Of a stretch of 64,000 bases of DNA, positions 18,753 through 28,361 are shown one piece after another. The notes below the pieces were generated by a model, which searched no databases, was not told where the DNA came from, and was given only the letters and a program-made list of their open reading frames with translations. Position numbers and translations under genes: made by a program. Source of the stretch: a virus (Duplodnaviria; Caudoviricetes); the IMG/VR virus record IMGVR_UViG_3300023174_000047, positions 128,001 to 192,000 of that record; one strand, given 5' to 3'. How positions within the stretch are numbered: the stretch's first letter is position 1; each line of letters begins with the position of its first letter.

Positions 18753-18772
18753 GTGTCTCATAAATAATCTGG

Positions 18773-20755
18773 ATGACCCCAGAGGAGATCCAGAATATCC
18801 TTGATACACTTAAAAAATCAATTGAGAGCTTTGCTGCTCAAATTGGTACCATTGCTACTGGCGTCGAAAAACCGAAAACAGTACAATCTGTTATCACAAC
18901 GCAAGATCAAGGTGATAGTAAAGAGCAAACTGCACGTCTAAACGATAGTATCGGGCTAGGTGATGTAAAATTCATTGATGCTCTATACAAAAAGTTTCAG
19001 CCCCTGCTTGAGAGTCTTGTTCCCAAAACCGCAGCACCTGCAAATCAATCAGAAGACTCAGCTAGTGATACTGCTAGCGGTGCAGGGTTTATTGATTATT
19101 TTAATAAACAGTTTCAACCGATACTTGAGAGGTTTTTTCCTAAGACAGCTTCACCTGTTAATGAAAAAGAAGACTTAGCAGATGTTTTAGCTGGTGATGA
19201 GACAGAAAAAGTTACAAAAGTTTCTGTTGTGGGTATTAGTAGTGATGTACTCAAAATGCTCAATGGTGTTACAGCTCCACCAACCCCCGAAAAGGGTGGT
19301 GGCTTTTTAAGTGGTATCATGGGGTTATTAGGCGGTGTTGGTGCAACTGCTGCTGGCGGCGGCATACTTGCAATGATTACTGGTCTACCTGCTGCAATAC
19401 CAGGCATCTTAACAGCGCTAGGTGCCATTGTTCTTGGTGCTGCTGCATTAAGTTTGGCTATTGGCATTGTTGTTAAAACAATAAGCTTATTAAAGGATGA
19501 TTTTATAGAAATATTTCCTATCATTGATAAATTCGCCGAATTATTTATTAAGGTTGCTAAAGAAATTATTCCTGTAGTGTATAAAGCATTGGCTGATTTT
19601 GTTGCTACAATATTACCACCGCTACTTGATGGTCTCACAAAGTTTGCTTCTGTTGTAATTCCTGCAATCATTGGTGCAATAGCTGAACTTATTGGCTCAC
19701 CTGGCTTTAAATTTATTACCGGTGCACTTGTTCCGGTGCTTTCTCAAATCATTGATGTTATTAGCAATTTGCTGTCTGAATTAATAGGCGGTATAAAATC
19801 CATTTTTACAGATACAAAAGACTTTTTGGTGAGTCTATTTGAAAATATTAAACAAATTGTTGTGCCGATTATAAATGGCATCAGGGATATCATCGTTGCC
19901 ATTGCAGAGCCTGTCAAGGAAGTGTTTATCTCTAGTTTTGAGAATATTAAAAAAGTGGTTCTTGCTGTCTTGCCCGTTGTTTCATCTGCCATTGACAGGA
20001 TTTTTGATACCTTTGATAATTTTGTTGGCAAGGCTAAAGAAATACTTGAAGGTTTGCCCACCATCTTAGATAAGATTCTAAACAGCATTAAAGATTTTGC
20101 AAACAATGTTATAATTGGCAGGATTGGCGCAGTTGCAGTAGAGTTAACAGCACTTGGTGCTGCACTTATAGGCTTAACTGGAGGTAGCTTAGTCGCAAGC
20201 ATTACAAATTTCTTTACCGGGGGAGGCCCATTTGAAAAAATCATTGAGTTTCAAAACAATTTAAATGAAAGCAAACTCAAATTACTCGAGAATTTAGCAC
20301 CATCACTGCAAAAACTTACAGACATTGATATAAGCCAACTCAAAGGCTTGTCTACAATCTTAAATGAATTGATGGATCAAAGCTTGCAAGTTGCATCAAC
20401 AGTAGAAAAGATTTTTGCCGGAAAAGGATTATTTAACAAGTCAGGTGGAATTCTTGAGTTAGTTGACAAACTCGAAAAATCAAAACAAGGCGCCGAAAAC
20501 ACCATCTCTAATGTTATTATCAAGACATCTGAAGCACAAAAGCAGATTGCTGAGCTACACCTCAAAGAAGCGATGATAACCAACAAAATTCTGTCCGAAA
20601 TTTACAAAAAGATGGATGCTTTTGCAGATATGCCGCAAAAAAGCAATGTTACTGCAAAGAAGCTTGCTGGCCTCGATATCGATGCAACCATGGCGCTGCA
20701 ATTTACATCCAACAACACCAGACAACAAATAGTGCAGTCTGGTAATAGCATATGA
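18773..20755 (+). CDS. Probable tape measure / baseplate hub protein
   Basis: 660 aa with long hydrophobic and amphipathic helical stretch; between hub and tube-cap genes; CATAAATA at 18759-18766. Confidence 0.65.
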   Translation: MTPEEIQNILDTLKKSIESFAAQIGTIATGVEKPKTVQSVITTQDQGDSKEQTARLNDSIGLGDVKFIDALYKKFQPLLESLVPKTAAPANQSEDSASDTASGAGFIDYFNKQFQPILERFFPKTASPVNEKEDLADVLAGDETEKVTKVSVVGISSDVLKMLNGVTAPPTPEKGGGFLSGIMGLLGGVGATAAGGGILAMITGLPAAIPGILTALGAIVLGAAALSLAIGIVVKTISLLKDDFIEIFPIIDKFAELFIKVAKEIIPVVYKALADFVATILPPLLDGLTKFASVVIPAIIGAIAELIGSPGFKFITGALVPVLSQIIDVISNLLSELIGGIKSIFTDTKDFLVSLFENIKQIVVPIINGIRDIIVAIAEPVKEVFISSFENIKKVVLAVLPVVSSAIDRIFDTFDNFVGKAKEILEGLPTILDKILNSIKDFANNVIIGRIGAVAVELTALGAALIGLTGGSLVASITNFFTGGGPFEKIIEFQNNLNESKLKLLENLAPSLQKLTDIDISQLKGLSTILNELMDQSLQVASTVEKIFAGKGLFNKSGGILELVDKLEKSKQGAENTISNVIIKTSEAQKQIAELHLKEAMITNKILSEIYKKMDAFADMPQKSNVTAKKLAGLDIDATMALQFTSNNTRQQIVQSGNSI

Positions 20756-20789
20756 GCCGCGAGTTACATATGATGTTATAAATATATGC

Positions 20790-21890
20790 ATGGCTTTATT
20801 TAAAATCGAACCCGCAACAATGCCTGTTACTAAACTGCAATATTATGCAGCAGTACCAGACTCAGTAAATGCAGGCACGAAATCTGTTGCCTCACCTGTC
20901 AATGGACAGCCCGTCATTGCAAGAAAAGTGCCTAGAGCTTTATCTAAAATAGGAAGCATTGATGTATATAATACTTTTGACTGGACTGCTTCACCTATTA
21001 ACAATGCTGGCTTTGCTAATATAACAAAGCCTCCATTTGCTAAATTAACAGAATATAGACTGGATGATAGAGCCGTAATTAATTCAATCTTGTATTATGT
21101 TCAAGCAGCTGGTGATCAAATTGGAGCAATTGCTGGTGTAGTTGCGCCTAGTGTAGCGGGCACAATTAAAAATTTAGCAGATACAGTGCGTGACGGTGTT
21201 CTAGGAGCAACTGGTGTAGATGTTAACAAGGAAAAAATAGAAGAAGCATCGGCAAGCCCATGGATTACACCATATGAAGGGCTATACTTGATGAAACCAA
21301 CACAATTTACTTACTTCTTGCCATACTTCGAGAATGATGCATTTGCACCTGCAAGAAGCTCATATAGTGAAATGTCATATCCTGGTGTATCAATAATACG
21401 CGGAGCCAGGGATACAACTACAGAGATGAGCAGAATAGTTTCACCTGGGCAGTACATTGAATCACCCAAACTCTTTACATTGAGTGACGGAAACTCTCCA
21501 TCCTTAGAAATAAATTTTCCTTTACTTAACACCATTTCGTTTGAGAGTGCAGTTAGGAATTATCAATTTCTGTGGTTGTTAATGTTTCAGAACACACCGC
21601 AGCGTGTAACAAAGTCCGTTGTAGAGATGCCTCGCATGTATGATGTACAAATTCCCGGTGTAGCATTTTTAAAATATGCATACATTGAAAGCATGGTGGT
21701 AAACTTCATAGGTGTTCGTCGCCGTGTAATCATTCCCATGCCAGCATGCCCTAACAATCCTCCAGAGGTTGAAGTTATTATGCCTGATGCCTATAGTGTC
21801 AAATTGACTGTAAAATCTTTAGTCATGAATGCAAATAATATGATGTTAGAAAATTGGAGACTGTCGGACACAAAATTCAAAAGCCCATGA
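20790..21890 (+). CDS. Baseplate tail-tube cap-like protein (gp48-like)
   Basis: Position; LEINFPLLNT, PRMYDVQIPG, YIESMVVN; TATAAATA at 20777-20784. Confidence 0.5.
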   Translation: MALFKIEPATMPVTKLQYYAAVPDSVNAGTKSVASPVNGQPVIARKVPRALSKIGSIDVYNTFDWTASPINNAGFANITKPPFAKLTEYRLDDRAVINSILYYVQAAGDQIGAIAGVVAPSVAGTIKNLADTVRDGVLGATGVDVNKEKIEEASASPWITPYEGLYLMKPTQFTYFLPYFENDAFAPARSSYSEMSYPGVSIIRGARDTTTEMSRIVSPGQYIESPKLFTLSDGNSPSLEINFPLLNTISFESAVRNYQFLWLLMFQNTPQRVTKSVVEMPRMYDVQIPGVAFLKYAYIESMVVNFIGVRRRVIIPMPACPNNPPEVEVIMPDAYSVKLTVKSLVMNANNMMLENWRLSDTKFKSP

Positions 21891-22264
21891 GTAATTTTAT
21901 TACAGATAGACCCATTGATGCACTAACAGTTCCCGATATTCCAACTGTAGCTGGGGAGTATTATGAAAATATACTCAACATGTATCAGACTCAAGATGAT
22001 AGCAATTACTACTACTATAACATAAGTAACAAAGTAGTCATTAATATTGCTAATATTAATGCTGATTATATCGATTATTATTATTTGGATACACCGATGC
22101 CTCTTACAACACTGAGCTACAGAATTTTTGGAACACAACACTTGTGGTGGCTCATTGTTGCAATGAATAAACTCAACCCCATTGATATTCCACCTGCAGG
22201 CACAGTCATTGTTGTGCCAAAGACGCAGTACTTGGCAAATGTCTTACAAACCATCAAGCAATGA
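21887..22264 (+). CDS. Baseplate wedge protein, gp53/LysM-like
   Basis: LTTLSYRIFGTQHLWWLIVAMN motif; ATGA overlap supports start 21887. Confidence 0.75.
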   Translation: MSNFITDRPIDALTVPDIPTVAGEYYENILNMYQTQDDSNYYYYNISNKVVINIANINADYIDYYYLDTPMPLTTLSYRIFGTQHLWWLIVAMNKLNPIDIPPAGTVIVVPKTQYLANVLQTIKQ

Positions 22265-23703
22265 GCAATATTAACGTTGAACGGTTTAATGATACGCCAT
22301 ATAAATTCAATGTAGCAATTTATGATGCGGATGGTAATTATATGACTTTAAATGCAGGTGCATTTCAAAATCTGACCATTGAAGACAGTATTTTTATTCC
22401 ATTTTCCATTGGAACAATGAGTGTCGTTAATGTCAATGAAGTATTGCAATCTTCATCTACTCCTGATTTACCTGCACTCAATTTTGCAGGTAATAATCAT
22501 GATTTACTTGCCATTGACATTATGCCTACCATAACCAGCCAGGGCATTGATGCAGACGCATCAAATGAAAAATTGATGAAAATTTTTAATCTTAATTCTC
22601 TGTATTGCATTAATGAATTGCAAGACTCTGATGAAAAAGCTGGTCGAGTCAATAATGTAATGAATTTCCGTGATGCATACCAGCAAATAATGTTAGAAAA
22701 CTCCGCACAGATTAGTTCTGTTGATGTTTTGCAAAAACTAGGCAGACTCAAAGGAGATGTTGAAAATCTCAACAATTCCGAGCGTGCTGTTGAAATGGGT
22801 GAATTGTTGATGTATTTGCTGGAAAAAACTTTCCCTGATGCTGATGTTATTGATAAACCAAATTTTGACATAGGATATGGCAAGCTATTGTTTCACAGCC
22901 AAGGCAATTCCAATGCATTTCAGGATATGATGCACATCAACTCCTTACAGATGTCAGAGCAAAATCACGATGCATGCATCATTAATCTTGATAGATATAC
23001 CAAAAAATTTACTAACATAGCATTTAGCAAATACTTCGAACTACAACAAACGAACCCGCAGGAGTATGTGCTTGAAACTTTCATTGTGTCAGATGGTCAA
23101 AGCGGTGCAGGTCAGAACAAGCCACCAGCAAGTTCAGGTGGTTTTGATACAACAAGTAACATCATCGAATATAAACTATCACCCATCAATGGCAATGAGT
23201 TTACCCGCAAGATAACGAATGCTGTTTATAATGCAACTGCAGGTGCAGATAAAAATCATTATGTCGGAATGAAACAAAATAACATGAAGACAATTTTAGA
23301 AAAATACAAACAATTGTATGTTGAACCTTTCAACAGCATTGCGCCTAATGCTACACCAAGCATTGATTTTAATAAATTCATTGATCAAGGTGACAAAAAA
23401 CAATTGAGACCGCGTGTTGTCAATGCAACGTTGCCTTTCAAATACGAAGAGCAACCAAGAAATTCCATGTTCATTGACTTGCTTATATCAGGTGGTGATA
23501 ACATTGTGTTTAGATCATTAGGCTCAACTCACCGCCGCAGCGGTCGGTTCATTGACATTACTTCCTTGTCTCAAATTGCTGATAACAAGCTCGCAGATTC
23601 ATTGTTGGGTAGATGGTTTGTTGTAAAGGTCAAACACATCTTCTCAGGCAATAAATACTACAACATAATAGAGGCAGTAAAAACCTACAAACAATCAAAA
23701 TGA
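22261..23703 (+). CDS. Baseplate hub protein, gp27/VgrG-like
   Basis: C-terminal HRRSGRFIDI...LGRWFVVKVKHIF...IEAVK; position after gp53. Confidence 0.65.
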   Translation: MSNINVERFNDTPYKFNVAIYDADGNYMTLNAGAFQNLTIEDSIFIPFSIGTMSVVNVNEVLQSSSTPDLPALNFAGNNHDLLAIDIMPTITSQGIDADASNEKLMKIFNLNSLYCINELQDSDEKAGRVNNVMNFRDAYQQIMLENSAQISSVDVLQKLGRLKGDVENLNNSERAVEMGELLMYLLEKTFPDADVIDKPNFDIGYGKLLFHSQGNSNAFQDMMHINSLQMSEQNHDACIINLDRYTKKFTNIAFSKYFELQQTNPQEYVLETFIVSDGQSGAGQNKPPASSGGFDTTSNIIEYKLSPINGNEFTRKITNAVYNATAGADKNHYVGMKQNNMKTILEKYKQLYVEPFNSIAPNATPSIDFNKFIDQGDKKQLRPRVVNATLPFKYEEQPRNSMFIDLLISGGDNIVFRSLGSTHRRSGRFIDITSLSQIADNKLADSLLGRWFVVKVKHIFSGNKYYNIIEAVKTYKQSK

Positions 23704-25250
23704 TTCTCATCAAGACCAACGCACCGTATTTGATTGAAGCTACTGCGCTGCATAGCATTGATTTTGTGCAGAACAATACCAATCTATGTACATTTACCAA
23801 TGTGTTGAGCGCAGAATATGATCTTGCATTTGCATACAATGCAATTAATTCATCTCCTGATCCAGTTGATGCATTAAGAAAATACATGCAAAAAATAATG
23901 CTTGTTGGAAATCAACTGGATCCACAAACGCTCATTCTACAGATTAATAATGTCCTTGCATATCCATCTCAGATGAGAGATCCTCTCATAAGAGAAATTG
24001 ATGAAGCAATTGCAGCAGCTCAAAAATATAGAAAGCCGCCCGATGATACTGAATTTCCAAGCCTATTATCAAGAATCATCAATGACTGTTCTAGCCCATG
24101 CAATTACTTCAGCACACTTGGTGATGTTTTAGGACTTATGGGTGCATCCACACAGATGAACACCGACAACACAAATGTTGCATGGGATAAAGACTCTACA
24201 TTTATGCATGCTCCTCTAAACGTTGCTAATACAACGTTTAATAAAATCGCAAATACCACTCAACTAATTTTAGCTGGTGCTGCTACTGCTGTAAAAAGTA
24301 TATATAGCAATGGACTTGAGCCGCTATTCAATAACACCCGCCGCGAAACGGAGGAAGAACTTGTCACCCAAGGTAAAAGCATGAGTTTTGTTTCACATGG
24401 CTCGTATCTCGCAACTGATCCTTTTCCATATTTTCAAACACAAAACAATGCAAGTAATATTCTTGCTCGCGCAAAATCATCTCTTAGAGATTGTGCTAGG
24501 CTCAGTGAGTTTAAATACAGATATAATCCTGCAGATCCAGAGATGAATCTTTCTGTTGTATCTCCTGTTACCATATCTGTAAATACTGAAGGAACAACAG
24601 TACAGGTTGATGCATTTGGCAAGATTATTTTGCCCGACAAAAAGCCTAATAAGATGAGCATCAAAGAAGCACTTGACTACAAAGAAAGCAACTATGAAGT
24701 TGACGACGAAGAAAATTGGAATACAAACCCTACAACTGGCATGACAGAAAAAGAACCATCTAACCCCAATGCAGCACAAACTGCGCCTGCCGCAGCTGCG
24801 CAAAAAGAACCACGTGCAAATGTGCGAGGCAGCAGGGTAACAGATTACGGCCAGCTAACAGATCCTTATCTTGATGCCAACACTGCCAAAGGCATAGGAA
24901 TTGCAGGCATCGGTGAAGGCAACGGACCAGCAAGCCTGCAAGGAGGCAATTATTTACTCAAAGATTACTCCATGGCTGTATCACCAGATGTAGAGGCACA
25001 AATGAGATCTACTGGCATAAAGCCTGGCGATTGGGTAAGTGTCAGTACATCCAGCGGACAGACACTTACCAAGCGATGGGATGATGTAACGTCTAGCTCG
25101 CTTGCTGGGCGTGTAGATTTTTACAACCCGGTAGGCAAATCACCGCAGTTGGATGCAAATGTTGTTACCATTGTCAAAGCATCTGGACCACCACTTGGGT
25201 ATGTGCAGCCGCCGAGATATGTCTATGGTAAACCAGCAGGTTTTAAGTAA
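23700..25250 (+). CDS. Baseplate-associated protein with C-terminal 3D-domain-like muralytic module
   Basis: SMAVSPD...GDWVSV...WDD...GRVDFY resembles the 3D double-psi barrel. Confidence 0.55.
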   Translation: MILIKTNAPYLIEATALHSIDFVQNNTNLCTFTNVLSAEYDLAFAYNAINSSPDPVDALRKYMQKIMLVGNQLDPQTLILQINNVLAYPSQMRDPLIREIDEAIAAAQKYRKPPDDTEFPSLLSRIINDCSSPCNYFSTLGDVLGLMGASTQMNTDNTNVAWDKDSTFMHAPLNVANTTFNKIANTTQLILAGAATAVKSIYSNGLEPLFNNTRRETEEELVTQGKSMSFVSHGSYLATDPFPYFQTQNNASNILARAKSSLRDCARLSEFKYRYNPADPEMNLSVVSPVTISVNTEGTTVQVDAFGKIILPDKKPNKMSIKEALDYKESNYEVDDEENWNTNPTTGMTEKEPSNPNAAQTAPAAAAQKEPRANVRGSRVTDYGQLTDPYLDANTAKGIGIAGIGEGNGPASLQGGNYLLKDYSMAVSPDVEAQMRSTGIKPGDWVSVSTSSGQTLTKRWDDVTSSSLAGRVDFYNPVGKSPQLDANVVTIVKASGPPLGYVQPPRYVYGKPAGFK

Positions 25251-25722
25251 CTGCAGTTGTTTCTGCCTCAATGATGTTTGTAGAGTGCTGCTCTTTTGCT
25301 GCATCAGTAAGCATTTTCATTACCTCATTGCGAGTCAGCATTAGCCGTGTTATATTGTCACGCTCATTGTTTTGATTGCGTGATGCAACGTCCATCTCTT
25401 TAATTTTAATGGATGTTGCTGCTTTCTTATTAGTTGCCATCACCCTGTTTAGAGTCTCAATTGCTGAAGAAGCAGCAGTAATGAGACCTGCCATGGCTTC
25501 AGCTGATTCTTCAGAAGGTGATGCTGTTAATACAGTTTGGTAATCATCCAATACAGATAAACTTTTGTTGATGAGTTCGCTTGCCTTGTCAATGACAAAT
25601 TGTTCTAAATTCTCCGGTAAAACTTGTTCCACAGGCACAATCTGTGTCTCTTTTTTTGTATCAATGCCTTTGAGTTGACTCAAAATGTTGTCTACAGCAT
25701 GCTGTGTATCCACATCACTCAT
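25243..25722 (-). CDS. Possible terminase small subunit (gp16-like)
   Basis: Helical hairpin (SAEAMAGLITAASSAIETL) and C-terminal LMLTRNEVMKML resemble gp16; start probably 25722. Confidence 0.5.
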   Translation of the reverse strand: MSDVDTQHAVDNILSQLKGIDTKKETQIVPVEQVLPENLEQFVIDKASELINKSLSVLDDYQTVLTASPSEESAEAMAGLITAASSAIETLNRVMATNKKAATSIKIKEMDVASRNQNNERDNITRLMLTRNEVMKMLTDAAKEQHSTNIIEAETTAVT

Positions 25723-25786
25723 TTTTTTATTATCTTTATTTATTTTTATATCTTGAAAACTCAAATGCATATATTATATTGTATAG

Positions 25787-26236
25787 ATGAATAAAATCAA
25801 ACTACCAAATAGTGCACTGACATTTGTTAAAACTCATGAAAATGCAAAGCTACCACAGAAGAACAATCACAATGACACAGGATATGATGTTTTTTGTGTA
25901 GAAGACAAGGTAATTGCAGCTCGTGGATCTGCAGTTGTTGATGTGGGTCTGAAATTTGCAAACATTCCTGAAGGTGTTTGGATTAAAGTAGAGGGCCGCT
26001 CCGGAATTGGCTTTAAACATGGCATTACACCCCATCCAGGAATTATTGACAATGGCTATAGATCTGATGCGGGAATTAAATTGTACAATTTTACAGACAC
26101 TGACTATCACATTAAAGCCGGTGATCGCATTGCACAATTTGTTCTATATCCCCTAATTCATGCATCATCAGTTGAATTTGGTGAACCAACTGAATCAAGT
26201 CGTGGTGAAAACGGTTTTGGATCTTCTGGGAAGTAA
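25787..26236 (+). CDS. dut: dUTPase (trimeric type)
   Basis: TGYDV, GRSG, GIIDNGYR, DRIAQ, RGENGFGSSG. Confidence 0.97.
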   Translation: MNKIKLPNSALTFVKTHENAKLPQKNNHNDTGYDVFCVEDKVIAARGSAVVDVGLKFANIPEGVWIKVEGRSGIGFKHGITPHPGIIDNGYRSDAGIKLYNFTDTDYHIKAGDRIAQFVLYPLIHASSVEFGEPTESSRGENGFGSSGK

Positions 26237-26359
26237 TATTATGTTGACACAACAACAAGCAAAAGGAATTGTTCGCATAGGCGATCGCACAGGAGATACA
26301 GGTACTACTACAACGACAACCAAGCCAGTATAGAAAACTAAAATACCTCAAACGCAAGC

Positions 26360-27289
26360 ATGAATTTACAAGGACTGTGGATCGAGAAATATCGCCCCAA
26401 ACGAATGAATGATTTATGCTTGAGTGATGAGCTCAAGGATCTCATCATCAATTATACCAACAAGCAGGAAATTCCTAATTTGCTGCTTGTTGGTAAGCCT
26501 GGCATTGGTAAAACAAGTCTTGCACGCATCATTGTGCAAGACTTGTTGGACTGCCAGTATCTATACATCAATGCTTCTGATGAAAATGGCATTGATACTG
26601 TGCGCGGCAAAATCATGAATTTTGCTCAGACCAAAAGCATTGATGGCAAGATCAAAGTGATTCTACTGGATGAAGTAGATGGTTTTACCGAGCAGGGCCA
26701 GAATGCATTGCGCAACACCATGGAGGAGTATGCAAAGTATACTCGATTTATTCTGACTGCAAATTATTTGCATCGCATCAAACCTGCATTGCAAAGTCGT
26801 TGTCAGAGCATTCACGTTGAAACAACCATTGCTGATGTAATTGCTCGCTGTGCACATATTCTCCGGCATGAGAACATCAAAATTGGCGAAGATGCCAAGT
26901 CACTCAAGCACATCATCAAGTCTCAATATCCTGACATTCGCAAAATTATTGGAAGCCTGCAACGCATGTGTGCCTCTGGTGAGTTGATTGTTGCTCAAGA
27001 CAATGCATCAAGCATTGGTATAGATTTAGTCAATAAAATCATTGCACAAACTGACTGTACAACCATCAGACAGTTCATCATTGATAATGAAGAAAAGTTT
27101 GCAAGTGACTATAGCAACCTACTGAAACTAATGCTCAATGAAATTTATGAACATCGACTTTTGCAAGAAAACAAAAAGCAGATGTTAATTTGCATCATTG
27201 CAGATCACATGTATAGATCAGTTAGTGCCATGGATGCAGAAATTAATGCATTTCATTGCTGCTTAAACATGATGAATGCTCTTACTTGA
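26360..27289 (+). CDS. Clamp loader AAA+ subunit (gp44/RFC-like)
   Basis: WIEKYRP, GKPGIGKTS, INASDENGID, LLDEVD, LQSRC. Confidence 0.95.
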   Translation: MNLQGLWIEKYRPKRMNDLCLSDELKDLIINYTNKQEIPNLLLVGKPGIGKTSLARIIVQDLLDCQYLYINASDENGIDTVRGKIMNFAQTKSIDGKIKVILLDEVDGFTEQGQNALRNTMEEYAKYTRFILTANYLHRIKPALQSRCQSIHVETTIADVIARCAHILRHENIKIGEDAKSLKHIIKSQYPDIRKIIGSLQRMCASGELIVAQDNASSIGIDLVNKIIAQTDCTTIRQFIIDNEEKFASDYSNLLKLMLNEIYEHRLLQENKKQMLICIIADHMYRSVSAMDAEINAFHCCLNMMNALT

Positions 27290-27845
27290 GGTACTTAACA
27301 TACCCTTTAGCAGAAGATGCTGGTATTTTCTCATTCTTATTTTTGAGTGAGTCATCAGAATCTTTTATTTTGCCACCCTGATCTGTCATGCGTGTCTGCT
27401 TGTATGTGTCAGTATTAGCATCCATTTCAACTGGCTCTGGTTTAATGGTAATCATGTTGTCTCTCTTTAATGCAGCTGGAAGCGGTGCATAATTTACACC
27501 ATAATCTAAGCGAGTAACAACTCCAGTTGGAACAGTAATGACATTGTAGTAACGACCACCACCATAATCCAATGCGATATCAAGAACTACGCTGCCGTTT
27601 GTATTAAATTCATTGCCGGGTGCTCTGGACGGGCTTTCATTCTTTACAGCAACAACACGAAGATTCATATTTTTGCCCATGTCAGCAACATCGTCAATGG
27701 CTTGTTGCATGGTTGGAGGCATTTCCTTGTAACATTTGGTAGATTTATAATTATCAGCAAATTTAACATAATCACCCATCAAATAGCCTGCAATTTGATA
27801 GCGTCTTTGATGGTTTTCTAATAGACTTAGATATCTGCTTTTCAT
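27282..27845 (-). CDS. Hypothetical late protein
   Basis: ORF; CATAAATA at 27852-27859 on the - strand supports start 27845. Confidence 0.75.
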   Translation of the reverse strand: MKSRYLSLLENHQRRYQIAGYLMGDYVKFADNYKSTKCYKEMPPTMQQAIDDVADMGKNMNLRVVAVKNESPSRAPGNEFNTNGSVVLDIALDYGGGRYYNVITVPTGVVTRLDYGVNYAPLPAALKRDNMITIKPEPVEMDANTDTYKQTRMTDQGGKIKDSDDSLKNKNEKIPASSAKGYVKYLK

Positions 27846-27882
27846 TAACATTATTTATGGTACTGGCTGTTAAATAATAGCA

Positions 27883-28359
27883 ATGGCCAATGTTAATATT
27901 ACATTTCCTAAAGTGGAAAAAGTGAATGATAATTTCACCTTTTCTGATTTGCATCTCGATTTGCAAATAAAACAGCTTGTCACCAATGAAGCTGCAAAAA
28001 AAGTGCAGCAACAGGATATTGTTGCTGATTATGATTTAGGTGCAATTCGCAACAGCATCGTCAACATCTTTCTTACTTCGCCAGGCGACAAACTGCTCAA
28101 TCCGGTATTTGGCATTGATTTGAGAGATTACTTGTTTGAAGGTGTTACTGACACAATTGCATTTAGCATTTATAATGATATATACAATAACATTACTAGA
28201 TTTGAGCCTAGAATCACACTCAATAACCTTCAGGTGATTCCTGATTATAATAACCATCAGTATACGATAAATATGTCCATAGGCGTCCCTTTTCTGCGTG
28301 TAGATGAGTATATTCTTAACTTATACCTCAACAGCCAAGGATACGTTGTTTTTGCATAA
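27883..28359 (+). CDS. Baseplate wedge protein, gp25-like
   Basis: AIRNSIVNIFLTSPGDKLLNPVFG...ITRFEPRI. Confidence 0.92.
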   Translation: MANVNITFPKVEKVNDNFTFSDLHLDLQIKQLVTNEAAKKVQQQDIVADYDLGAIRNSIVNIFLTSPGDKLLNPVFGIDLRDYLFEGVTDTIAFSIYNDIYNNITRFEPRITLNNLQVIPDYNNHQYTINMSIGVPFLRVDEYILNLYLNSQGYVVFA

Positions 28360-28361
28360 TT

